DNA of 63,427 bases, the filler included, from Asterionella formosa (lineage: Eukaryota): the NCBI GenBank assembly GCA_002256025.1. It is 19 parts of 19 records of this genome, joined end to end, with 100 filler letters (N's around TTAATTAATTAA, not from the genome) between each part and the next. Parts side by side here need not be neighbours in the genome. Positions count along the whole stretch, not along the records: positions 9,598 to 38,511 come from NKIB01001113.1; 18 more parts are not named here. One strand, 5' to 3'. A program made the position numbers and the translations under genes. Positions 23,320 to 33,830 of the stretch are shown here, one piece after another. The notes beneath the pieces were generated by a model. The model was given only the letters and a program-made list of their open reading frames with translations, searched no databases and had not been told where the DNA came from. Positions within the stretch are counted from its first letter, which is position 1, and every line of letters begins with the position of its first letter.

Positions 23320-25461
23320 TAGATGATATTGATGATGTGGGTTGTTGTTTTTCAATAAATTTTACGGATCACCTTCAATTATTGGACACTATTTTACAGC
23401 GTTTACAGGCAAATTGTTTCACAATTAATCCATTCAAATGTGAATGGGCAGTCTCAGGGACAGATTGGTAAGGCTACTATTGGTTACCTAATGGACTGAA
23501 GCCTTGGTCTAAAAAGGTCTGATAATATGCCCTCACCTACTACTTGATCTATAAAGGTCCAATAACAACATGTCTTCACCTCCTACCAATCTTAATCAAG
23601 TCAGATCGTTTCTTGGTGCTGTTACCTACTATCGAGACATGTTTTCTCGACGCTCTCATGTTCTCGGACCACTCATGGATTTAATTGGAACTGGTCCATT
23701 TGTCTGTTTACCTATACATCAACAAGCTTTTCAAGAAATGGAAGCATTATTAGTTGCAGATACACTCATGCACTATCCTGATCATAATTTTCCTTTCCAT
23801 ATTTTTACTGATGCTTAGAAGTATCAATTAGGGTCAGTCATCATGTAAAACAATATTCCGGTTGCTTATTATTCTCGCAAATTATCTGCAGCTCAGAAAA
23901 ATCATACAACTATTGAATAAGAATAACTTTCTGTGGTAGAAACTTTCAAAGAATTTTGCTCCATGTTATTGGGTGCATTTCTACAGGTTCGCACTGATCA
24001 TCATAATTTTAATAATAATAGTTTACACACTCAACGTGTTCTGCAGTGGAGAATTTATATTGAAGAATATCATCCTACTTTTCACTATGAAAAAAGGGGA
24101 CTGGCAATGCTTTTGCAGATTCCATCTCTCGCCACTCGAGGCTTGAGCCTTTGGTGGGGGATGATATTGGACCGAAGTCTCCAGCATGAGCATCCACTTC
24201 TACCTTTTAAATTGAAATAGATGATGAACCTTTGCTTATCTGCTTCCTCAGTCATCCAATTTTGGCAGACAATATTCAATATCCGCTGGATTATAATTTA
24301 TTACATGATCATAGACAATTGCTGGATATAAAATTGATTCTCAATCAACAATACATCCATTTAAATTTCCCTCTATCAATTTTCAATATATACATTCTTT
24401 AATTTTTAATGTGTTTTGGGAAGAATCCAGGAGATACTTGGCATATTGCTATTCCTATATCACTATTCTTGGATCCTATTATTAATTGGTATCATCAGAT
24501 GTTAGTTCATAGGGGTATGATACAATTGCTAAACATTTTTATCACCCTACATTAAAAGCAAGAGTGGAACATATTGTAAGCATATGTGAAGCATGTCAAT
24601 GTAAAAGATTACCTGGTACTGGTTTTGGTGAACTTCCACCCACCAGGAATGCATTGTTATTACCATGGTCAGAAGTTGCAGTGGATCTAATTGGTCTGTT
24701 GAAAATAACAGTGGCTGCTCAAGTGATTGAATTTCGTGCTCTAACTTGTATTGACACAGTCACCAATTTAGCAGAAATTTCACGTATCAATAATAAAACA
24801 TCAGAAAATATTTCAATGAAATTTGAAAATGATTGGTTAGCCTGATATCCCCATCTAGAACATTGTATACATGACAATGGAGGTGAATTTACTGGTATTC
24901 CTTTCTTATACAAGTTAGTTTTGAGTGGAATTAAAGATGTAACAACTACAGTCAAGAATCCACTAGCAAATGCTATCTGTGAATGTTTAAATCAATAATC
25001 AGTGACAGTCTATACCTGGTACTCTTTTCTTGTAGGGGCTGTCCTGGCCCTGGTGGGGTTTCAATGAAAGTACCAATTCACCAAGGGAGTTGAGGTGAAA
25101 TACAATTCTATGGAAGGAAAATAAAGCTCAACATCTCATAAATCACAATACAGTGAGGTCTTGTAGGGGGGGGAGACTAACTTGCATCCCAAAAACCAAG
25201 ATAAAGGTTGAGACCCAGGGCAAACCTCTGTTTCCTGCTCTTTTCAAAACAGAAAAGTGGGGCTGCAAGTAAATCATGAGGAAATTGATTACATGCCCTC
25301 GATTGGATGATATGATTCATCACAATTTAACCTTTGTCTACACAAACACCTGGAATTCTCATGTGGTAAAATAGTTGTAGAGAACAAATTCTCAAACTGG
25401 TAGACTGGAACTCAAACCTTGATAGGTAGGTTGGTCCCCTTTACGCTCATTGGATAGTCTT

Positions 25462-27516
25462 TCATATCAACCCTAGAGGAAAGCCACCATTAGGATTCTC
25501 TATCAAGTCTTCTTCGCGTTCCAATCGAACATAGTCAGAGCTAGTCTCTTGGTGTTCAAGATCAATCTCGACAGTAGAATATGATCTGGCTAATCTGGCA
25601 CGGTACTGCTTCTCTTCTTTAAACCCATGAGACACAACAAGACCAGATATTAGTAAGAGCATGGCTCCACCAAAAACCAACAAAAGGAAGGAGTTTAAGA
25701 TATTAAACTCTACCTTGAGGCATGATCCATTCTCTGATACTTGGGCGCACGCGGGATTGTTGTAAATTGTATCAGTGATCGATGGCATGAGCATGTCAAC
25801 CATGAACATGGCAATAATAAAGACTTCCCAAGCACAAAAAGCACCAGCAAAGTCAACAGTCATGTACAAAGCCCTTCGGATCATCCTTGGCAGAGGGACT
25901 GTCAGGCCAAAGACGCACACGAGCGATCGAAATATAGGACCAAAGACAACAAAAAGATTAAATGTTCTCATAAGAAGGAGATCCCATGCTCCAGCAGCGC
26001 CAGTTGTAATGACAAGTCCTCGAAGTGAATATGTGTGGTCCCACGCAACGCCAAGAACCTTTTGCAGGAGAATAGGAATAGCGCCATCAACACTTCGCTC
26101 CATACAGGGAGTGGTAATGGCAAAGTAGACGAGTGCTGTTGTGAGCAAGGCTCCCACTACGAGAACGACATATTTCCATGAAAAGTTGAAAATCCGGTAC
26201 GAGCGGGTGGGCCCTTGAGCGACGGATACAACACCACTTCTGCTGTCCACCTCCATGCTTTGCATGGTGCGTACTTCCTCGAGTTCTTCACTTCTTGTCT
26301 GCATGGTTTCTCGAAATAGGGTGTGGTGTTCCCGTTTTTCCCTTTCTCTTCTCGCTTTGTGATCAAAAACATCCACCAACAGACTCAATATGATACTCAA
26401 TACGACGGCTTGACAAAAGGCATAGATGCCTTTCATTCCAACCACTCGTAGTTTCATTGCACCTCCACCACTCGTGGATATACCCTTGACAATCTCTTGT
26501 CCAGTCCCTTGAGCCCATGACGGGTGCGAATAGGCTTCCGACACTAGAGACTGACATGCGCCGCACTTAATCTTCTTATCCATGCGAGTGTGTCTGTCGC
26601 ATTTGTATTTGAGCAAGAGCGAACACAACTCGGCAGTATTGTAATTTCCCTTGGTAATCTCAATAATAGTAGGCAGCTCCGTCATGACTCCATGTTTGAT
26701 CGCATCAGGATCCACTTCCCAATCTAAATTCAACACGCCCACCATGACGCACACGGCCAAAACATCCGCCAGGGACCACTTGCCCAGAGCAGACAACCAT
26801 CTCAGTGATCGAGTCCTCAAGGTAGGATCGGACCAAGATCCTAGCCATGTGACATTTACTAGGATTAATTTCAAATGCGGCCACACCCCCGAGAAGAGCG
26901 TCAACAGCACTGCTGCGACTCGTGGCAATACCTTTCCCTGCATTCCTTTGGCCCTCCACAACTGACGAACGGCATACCCATACGTGAATGTTTCTATATC
27001 TGTGTCCTCTTGTATGTAAAATGGGTTGTGAAGAGGAATCCCCAACGTGTCAAAGGCCACTTTGGTTTCTGTAGTAGTTGCGTTGGCCCATGCATCAACG
27101 TGCTGCGAAAGACGCAGTCGCCACATGGGAGCTGTTTGACCATAGTAGAAGAGGGCATGGGCGAGACAGGCAAGAATGGGAATGAAAATAGATAATATGA
27201 TTGGTGTGGTGGTAGCACTTGCCAGGGAGTCTTTGGTTGAGTTGGCTGAAAGCCTTTGTCTGTTGGAGTCGTCGCTTGGAACAAGGAATTGTTGGTTATC
27301 TTCGTCGGCGGCGGCGTCGTTACGTGATGTAGTACTTGCACTGTCGGCTCTCCGTAATACAAGTGGTTCAATCAGAGCATCGTCGTCATCGTCCGCGGAC
27401 GATACTGGCTCGGGTATTACAGGCTCACCGCATCGCAGATTTGTAATGGAAGCTGATAGGTCGCCACTAGGCGTGAGAACGACGGAATCGGAGTCGTGAT
27501 CCTCGCTGACTGCCAT
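25462..27516 (-). CDS. Polytopic membrane protein with two PqiA-like (paraquat-inducible protein A) regions
   Basis: LFSGVWPHLKLIL...LSALGKWSLADV resembles the PqiA signature. A second degenerate copy reads LFVVFGPIFRSL...AFCAWEVF. Probable ATG at 27516; intronless. Confidence 0.75.
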   Translation of the reverse strand: MAVSEDHDSDSVVLTPSGDLSASITNLRCGEPVIPEPVSSADDDDDALIEPLVLRRADSASTTSRNDAAADEDNQQFLVPSDDSNRQRLSANSTKDSLASATTTPIILSIFIPILACLAHALFYYGQTAPMWRLRLSQHVDAWANATTTETKVAFDTLGIPLHNPFYIQEDTDIETFTYGYAVRQLWRAKGMQGKVLPRVAAVLLTLFSGVWPHLKLILVNVTWLGSWSDPTLRTRSLRWLSALGKWSLADVLAVCVMVGVLNLDWEVDPDAIKHGVMTELPTIIEITKGNYNTAELCSLLLKYKCDRHTRMDKKIKCGACQSLVSEAYSHPSWAQGTGQEIVKGISTSGGGAMKLRVVGMKGIYAFCQAVVLSIILSLLVDVFDHKARREREKREHHTLFRETMQTRSEELEEVRTMQSMEVDSRSGVVSVAQGPTRSYRIFNFSWKYVVLVVGALLTTALVYFAITTPCMERSVDGAIPILLQKVLGVAWDHTYSLRGLVITTGAAGAWDLLLMRTFNLFVVFGPIFRSLVCVFGLTVPLPRMIRRALYMTVDFAGAFCAWEVFIIAMFMVDMLMPSITDTIYNNPACAQVSENGSCLKVEFNILNSFLLLVFGGAMLLLISGLVVSHGFKEEKQYRARLARSYSTVEIDLEHQETSSDYVRLEREEDLIENPNGGFPLGLI

Positions 27517-27940
27517 TTTCAAGTTCAAGGAGTCTGTTGTGTCGTCTCTGCTCAAGTTCTTGTGTTTGCAATGTGGTTGATGGTGCTACGTAAGACAGAA
27601 GGAGCGAAAGGACAGTTCAGCCGTTGAGAGTGTTCCGGTTCCCCAAACGTAGTAAATGGTTGTACTAAGTTGTGAGTAATATTTCATGGAGTACAGGTAT
27701 ACCCGGTACCAGGTAGTCAAGATAAATTCTCCGGTATTATGTGATGGTCTACCGGTATATATATATTTTATAAACCTTGACTAATTTGAACATAGTTTTG
27801 TCAAAGCATTCAAATGTAACGGATGAGTGGTATGTACCCTCTCTCACAAAGGAGGGTGATATATACTTACAGCTAAACCAGCAAAAGAATCCATTTCAGA
27901 GCAAATGTATTAGCTACACAGTAAACAACATGGTACAAGC

Positions 27941-28211
27941 AGATGAAAGAACCACAAGAATTGGCAAGAAACTTATGGAGATAGACAAAATGACCAAAAT
28001 CCACCCAACAGCATCATTAAATTGGCAGAGTAAGGCTTTTGACAATATCCACGCATCCAAATCAGATCAAAACAGACCGTTTCCATCCCACCGTACCTAC
28101 ACAGTACATACTGAACAACAAACAGATGAACGAAGAACCACAAGAATTGACAAGAAACTCATGGAGATGGACCACCAGAATGAAGAACAAAATCCACCCA
28201 ACAGCATCATT
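27941..28211. repeat. Imperfect direct repeat, about 80 bp twice
   Basis: AGAACCACAAGAATTG.CAAGAAACT.ATGGAGAT...AAAATCCACCCAACAGCATCATT at ~27949 and ~28133. Confidence 0.8.
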
Positions 28212-31200
28212 TAGTAGCAGCCAGTTAAGGGATGCTCAGACAAACTTTAGGAAAAACACAATGAAACAAAAAGGAAGAAGAAATAATCCAGGTTCTCAAC
28301 CCACCTGTGAGACAAGTGTTAGTCATGGACCTGGCTGCAAACACTGATGGCAAAACTTTTTTCACCAGACTTCTGCACTATCATGCTGAGGGAGTGACTG
28401 CCCCAAAACCTTCCACAGCCCCACCGTGTTTTCTGGGACATGTAGCATAATGAATAAAATAATGTAGCTAGCCTAGCACTAATGTGCTATAAAAAATATT
28501 GATATATATATATAATCCTTGACTAATAATAAGAATATTATGGACAGTAGTAGTACATGCATTTGAACAAATGTAATTTTTAATGTGGTATCATGGATAT
28601 CCTTATTTACAAATACTACATTGCTGTAGTCTAGTAACAAGTACAAGGAAATGATGTGACTTCAAACAGGGTAAAGGGAAATGCAACAGAAACGACGATG
28701 ATGAGTTGTATGCATTGTCTGTTTCAATTTTACCTAATGACACTTTGGTATTTATGAAGGTCAGGTATGAGCAGGTCTCCTAGTATTTAACATTCAATAC
28801 ACTCAAGTGTACTACCACAGCAGGACGGAATCGAGAATCCATTTGTGTGTCACCCTCGTACAAAATTTCATTTAAGCGATGCAGCATGGATGAAATTGTC
28901 CTGTATTTCGTTGACCCTTTGTTAGTCAATAAACATAAGAAGAATGATTTAACACCAGAAAAGCAACAATACAATACATCGCCGATTGAATGCTTCAAAA
29001 CCTCAACAGGAGGGAGGCTGATGAAAAGATTAGCTATTTTATTCAACATCTGCCTGAAGAATGAATTATTTTTTGTCCAGAAATGCATGCTCATTAGTTT
29101 GTTTAGCTAAATCTCTTTGGCAGTAATTAAAGCTGATATTTACACACACACATACAGGTCAATAGGCTGGCCAACAAAAATCAATAGCCCAAAATGAAAC
29201 TCTTCATGTATTGCTATTTTAGCATTATACTTCTAATTTAGCTGATACAACCATTGCTAACATTGTCTCACACAGAAAATACATATTGCTTCTACAGAGG
29301 GCCTCTTAAAGGATGTGTATCGAGCTGGATAAGACGCTGAGAGGGAGTTCACAGTACTTCTTCTCAATGCACAATGTCTGCAAATAAATAACATCATACT
29401 ATATATAAGAACATGGTTATCATACATTGTTTCATAATTAAGATTTAAAGTACATTTAAACTAACTAAAAATTGCAATTGTACCTTGTAGTAGTACTAAC
29501 AATAGAGATAGTTGTTCCTTGCTGGTGTAAGTAGTGCCGGTATATGTGTAGAGATGGCAAATATTATACAGTAGGTAAGGTATTAACCTGTTGCTATGCC
29601 TGGCTGATGGTGGCGTGCTATCAGGAGCTAATTACATCTGATCCGCTTTATAAGTCCATGACTTGCTTATTGTCATATGTGTTTCGACAACCCATTTTTT
29701 TATCCCAAATTTCAAGTTCTTCCAGTACATCCGATAGAACCTGCCTATTCATTTGACATTGATTCTGCAGAAGATATTGATTCAAATTCCGAGGAAGAAG
29801 AGATTGAGGGCAGCAATATCGATATCCTTACCTTGTCACCAGCTGGTGCTACACCAACACAAACAGACTTTCCCCTCTTCCAATGGGTGACACTCCTTGG
29901 TGCTGGCAACCGGAGCCACCTTTGAATACTATACAAACAATGACAGATTATACTTGAGCCTGTCGCAAACCTGTCAAAAGGTTTGGCCAACTGCTGAATT
30001 TACATTTGGAATCTATTCCTATCATATCTGGAACGCATGGGTTAAGAAGCATAGAGTAAAGTTCAAGAAATATGACAAGAAGAGAATGGTTGAAGACTTC
30101 CAAGCTTATAAGAGAAGTACCTGGATACATTTATTTCCTTGCCTTCGTGAGTTAAAGATTTTTAAATGGATCAATGGTTGAAACAATGGGGTCCAACTAT
30201 AAATACAAGAATTGAACTGAATGATTCTAATTTACTTTGAGGTGAATTACCTGCACACAACAATAATTCAGAAGGATCAAATAGTGGGCACAAATCTTTC
30301 TTTGATCAGCCACTGGAAGCATTTGACAGCATATTTTATCCACAACATGTCATAGCTACTTGTTAGAGGACTGATCCAAAGGTGACTTAGAGTTTTACTC
30401 CACTTTGCACTTGCTGGTGCACTTGATCAATTTCTACAAGTCAATTTATAAGCAAAACTACTTTAAGCAAAATGGTCCTACTTTAAGCAAAACAAACAAG
30501 AAACAATTGGCAGAAAAAGCAAAACAGATTGGTCTCAATATTTAGGCTAAATCAGATTAAAGCTTAATATATAAAGTAACAAAAAGCCAGTCAGGTTGGT
30601 TTATTATTAAATGGATATCAAGAAGAGATACATGTATTAATTTGGAACTGGAATCAGTATTGCCAGTAGGAAGTCGTACATGGAACTAGATATAGCAAAA
30701 TTACTGCAACTTGCTGGTACCTGGTAGGTACCAGACAGTTATCTGCTGGTGGGCTATCATACCATGTACCTGGTACTCCCTAGTATCACGTACAAGGTAC
30801 CAGGTACCTACGGTAGTACCGAGTAGATAGATCATGATCACCATCAGCCATGTTCCTTGATTCCGTACCGGTAAGCGCTATGCTTTTTTTATTTGATATA
30901 TTCGACACAGTCCGTACGAGCAGTTCGCCGAAGTTGGTACCCTGGTACCAGGTCCCTGGTTGCATCAACGACTGATGCGTCTAACTTTTTAGACTTGTCA
31001 AAAATGGATTTATCTTCTTTTTCCGGTGCCAGAAGTTTCTCGAAGCGCTGTAAAATATATCGCTCGTAACAATGATAATGCCAGAAACCGAGGACGACAG
31101 AAGGCTCACGACCCCTTCAAAACTTCCTTCCGGCAATACTTTGAGATACTGCCGATGACGTGGCAGACTTTGATTTAATTTTGGCTGGAGTCCAATAAAT

Positions 31201-31518
31201 CAAAAGTCAAACAACACGTTCTTTGTAACGCAATTTTTGGATGTTGGCTGCCATCTAACAGCTGAAGCAGAAATTCAATTAGACAAAACAGGCATTTGGG
31301 GAAATTTTTGTATATGCTGCCTTACCAAAAAAATAGTGAAGACAAAGTACCGATTAGCACAGCGAAACGGCGCCACATCAAAGAAAGAGTAAGTGGGCAA
31401 GCAAGCTGGTCTTTATGATGAAGTAGCAGTTCCATTCCTGTGTACAATTGTTTACCTTCCCTCATTGTTTGTCGCCTTTGTCCGTTCAGAGAAGGTAAAA
31501 CCTTGCACGGCTGGAATC

Positions 31519-33051
31519 ATGTTCAAGTTCGCATTTGTTGCTGTCATGGCCATGGTGACCCTTCAACCGGTTTCATCATTGACTATTACTTCTGCACCTA
31601 CTACTCCATTAGCCACGGTTGCAGCAATGACGGACCCGCCCTCCACTTCTCCAACAGATGCAGTGGCAACGTCTCAGCCGCCTGCCATTCCTAGTGTTTC
31701 CCCATCTGTAACCCCTTCTGCAGTGTTGACAGACCAGCCCTCCACTTCTCCAGCAGATGCAGTGGCAACGCCTCAGCCGCCTGCCGTTTCTAGTGATTCC
31801 ACATCTGTAACCCCTTCTGCAGTGTTGACAGACCAGCCCTCCACTTCTCCAACGGATGCAGTGGTGAAGTCCAACCCGTCTACTGTTCCTAGTGTTTCCC
31901 CATCGGTAACCCTTTCTGTATTGTTGATAGAACAGCCCTCCACTTCTCCAACGTATGACATGGAAATGTCTCAGTCTGCCATTCCCAGTGTTTCCCCTTC
32001 GGTAACCCCTTCTGCAGTGCAGACAGACCCGCCATCCACTTCTCCCACGGATGTCACAGTTTCATCGCAAAAATCATCAGTTCCTAGTATTTCTCCTTCG
32101 GTGAAAGATTTCACGCTCACTTCTCAAACGTCGTCCATTCCTAGTCATTCTTTTGCAGCAAAGCCATACAAGCTTTCAACAGTTAGCCCTTCTGTGCCAG
32201 CCAAAACCTCTGCTGTTAATACTCTCACAGGAGCACCTCTGGCCTCTACGTCTGAATATCCATTTATTTCACCTATTGATCGGCCAACAGTAGCCACGCT
32301 TCCCCCAGATGCGCCACCCATTTCCTCCGACTTTCCAGTAGCTTTTCCTAGTCCAATCACAGGAAGCCCTATTACGTCTGAAACTCCTTTTATTTCACCT
32401 ATTGATCGGCCAACAGCGGCCACGCTTCCCCCAGATGCGCCCCCCATTACCTCCGACTTTCCAGTGGCTTTTCCTAGTCCAATCACAGGAAGCCCTATTA
32501 CGTCTGAAACTCCTTTTATTTCACCTATCGATCGGCCCATAGCAGCCACGCTTCCTCCAGATTCGTCTTTATCTCCTCTAGCAATTCCACCTGCCCCATC
32601 TTCTGACACTAACCGTCCAGTGACGTCGGGTGCTCCAACCATCTTCCTTAGCCCTTTACTGGGTCCCCCTTCCGTAACCAACGCCCCGAACGGATCACCA
32701 TTCGGATTAGCTCCGATTGACTCTCGCTCCCCAATCGCTTCTGGAGCTCCTGTGTTCACTGTTGCCTCTCCCACAGCAGAGCCTTCGATGAGAATGATGG
32801 GAAGTAAGAAAATGAAAATGGGAAGTAAGAAAATGAAGATGGGAGGTATGAACATGGAAATGGCAAAGATGCGAATGGAAAAAATGGAAATGGCTAGTAT
32901 GAAGATGGACACGCCCGATATGGCAATGGGCGTGAATATATCCGAAATCGAAAGCATTGGACAGATCAGTATGATGGGCATGGGAAAGCTGGTTCAAACG
33001 GGGGAAAGGGCCGGTGGCATCAACAGGGGTGTTCGCGGTCGTCACAATTGA
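31519..33051 (+). CDS. Secreted Ser/Thr/Pro-repeat protein with Met/Lys-rich tail
   Basis: ATG at 31519, signal MFKFAFVAVMAMVTLQPVSS, about four 36-aa TDQPSTSPTD repeats, about 2.5 41-aa repeats, tail MMGSKKMKMGSKKMKMGG..., ending RGVRGRHN. Confidence 0.85.
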   Translation: MFKFAFVAVMAMVTLQPVSSLTITSAPTTPLATVAAMTDPPSTSPTDAVATSQPPAIPSVSPSVTPSAVLTDQPSTSPADAVATPQPPAVSSDSTSVTPSAVLTDQPSTSPTDAVVKSNPSTVPSVSPSVTLSVLLIEQPSTSPTYDMEMSQSAIPSVSPSVTPSAVQTDPPSTSPTDVTVSSQKSSVPSISPSVKDFTLTSQTSSIPSHSFAAKPYKLSTVSPSVPAKTSAVNTLTGAPLASTSEYPFISPIDRPTVATLPPDAPPISSDFPVAFPSPITGSPITSETPFISPIDRPTAATLPPDAPPITSDFPVAFPSPITGSPITSETPFISPIDRPIAATLPPDSSLSPLAIPPAPSSDTNRPVTSGAPTIFLSPLLGPPSVTNAPNGSPFGLAPIDSRSPIASGAPVFTVASPTAEPSMRMMGSKKMKMGSKKMKMGGMNMEMAKMRMEKMEMASMKMDTPDMAMGVNISEIESIGQISMMGMGKLVQTGERAGGINRGVRGRHN

Positions 33052-33830
33052 TGATTTTCAAAATGCTTCTGGGACTATTCTTCATTTCGCTTATGAAGAA
33101 GCCGCAAATAAGTTTAATTGTACTGTTAATATAGTTGCGGTATTGATGTTGTTGCAGCGCTGTTTAGAGAAAATTTCAACCATTTAAACTTCAGTAGATC
33201 TTGTCGTTCCACAAACAGCAAATCTATCCAGTTTCTATTGCATGTCGTTGGTCGCTTTGTGAACCAAACCAAGTCTCTTTATATTATAGCATTTAAGTAT
33301 TGGGCCAGTGTCTGCATTTCCACATCGCAAGGATGGTTAACATCGACAAAATAGTTAGGCACACTGAAGGTACATTGTTGTTACCCTTCTCTTTCATGCA
33401 GGGAGTCCACATGCTGGTTGAGAAGTGAGTCCTCGTAAAGAATGCAATATTACGCATTTTATCATCGAATAGATAAAAGCAATATAAGTACTATGTACGA
33501 CCAGAAAAACAAACTTATCCTTCTGCTATTTCAACAACTGTGCGTCGTTTAGATTCGTATCCCCTGTACATGCTAAATATAAATGTACGTCTGCCAGTAG
33601 CTATGTATACGTTGTACCAGTACCGGCAGTCCAGTTAAATCCAATCAATACACATTTATTCAACATCGCCAGGATTGCTGGGTTCAGGTGTTGCTTGAGA
33701 GAAGGAAGAAAAAGAGGCGTTCTCTCGGTCCTGGGTTTGGTCGATGAAGGCGAAGTGGTGTGCCATTTGCAGAAACTTGCTTGGGCTTTGAAAGCCCATC
33801 ATCCACAGAAAGGGCTCCAGCAGTGACTTG

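Larger units (their letters stand above)
21093..24995 (+). mobile_element. Degenerate Ty3/Gypsy LTR retrotransposon (gag, protease, partial RT, RNase H, integrase)
   Basis: Protease VLFDSGGS (~23025); RT remnant DIDDVG and NPFKCEWAV; RNase H VRSFLGAVTYYR, IFTDA, PVAYYSRKL; integrase PWSEVAVDLIG, HDNGGEF, NAICE. Many stops and frameshifts. Confidence 0.92.

Noticed and set aside
28350..30500. Short ORFs as genes
   Set aside because: Fragmented, with no recognisable motif. The same applies to 300-1820, 13500-14900, 45200-46180 and 52036-52800.
32145..32981. 278-aa antisense ORF with a hydrophobic stretch
   Set aside because: It is the antisense shadow of the low-complexity secreted protein.
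33376..33665. Solo LTR (TGTTG...CAACA)
   Set aside because: No TSD and no second copy in the window; possible but unsupported.
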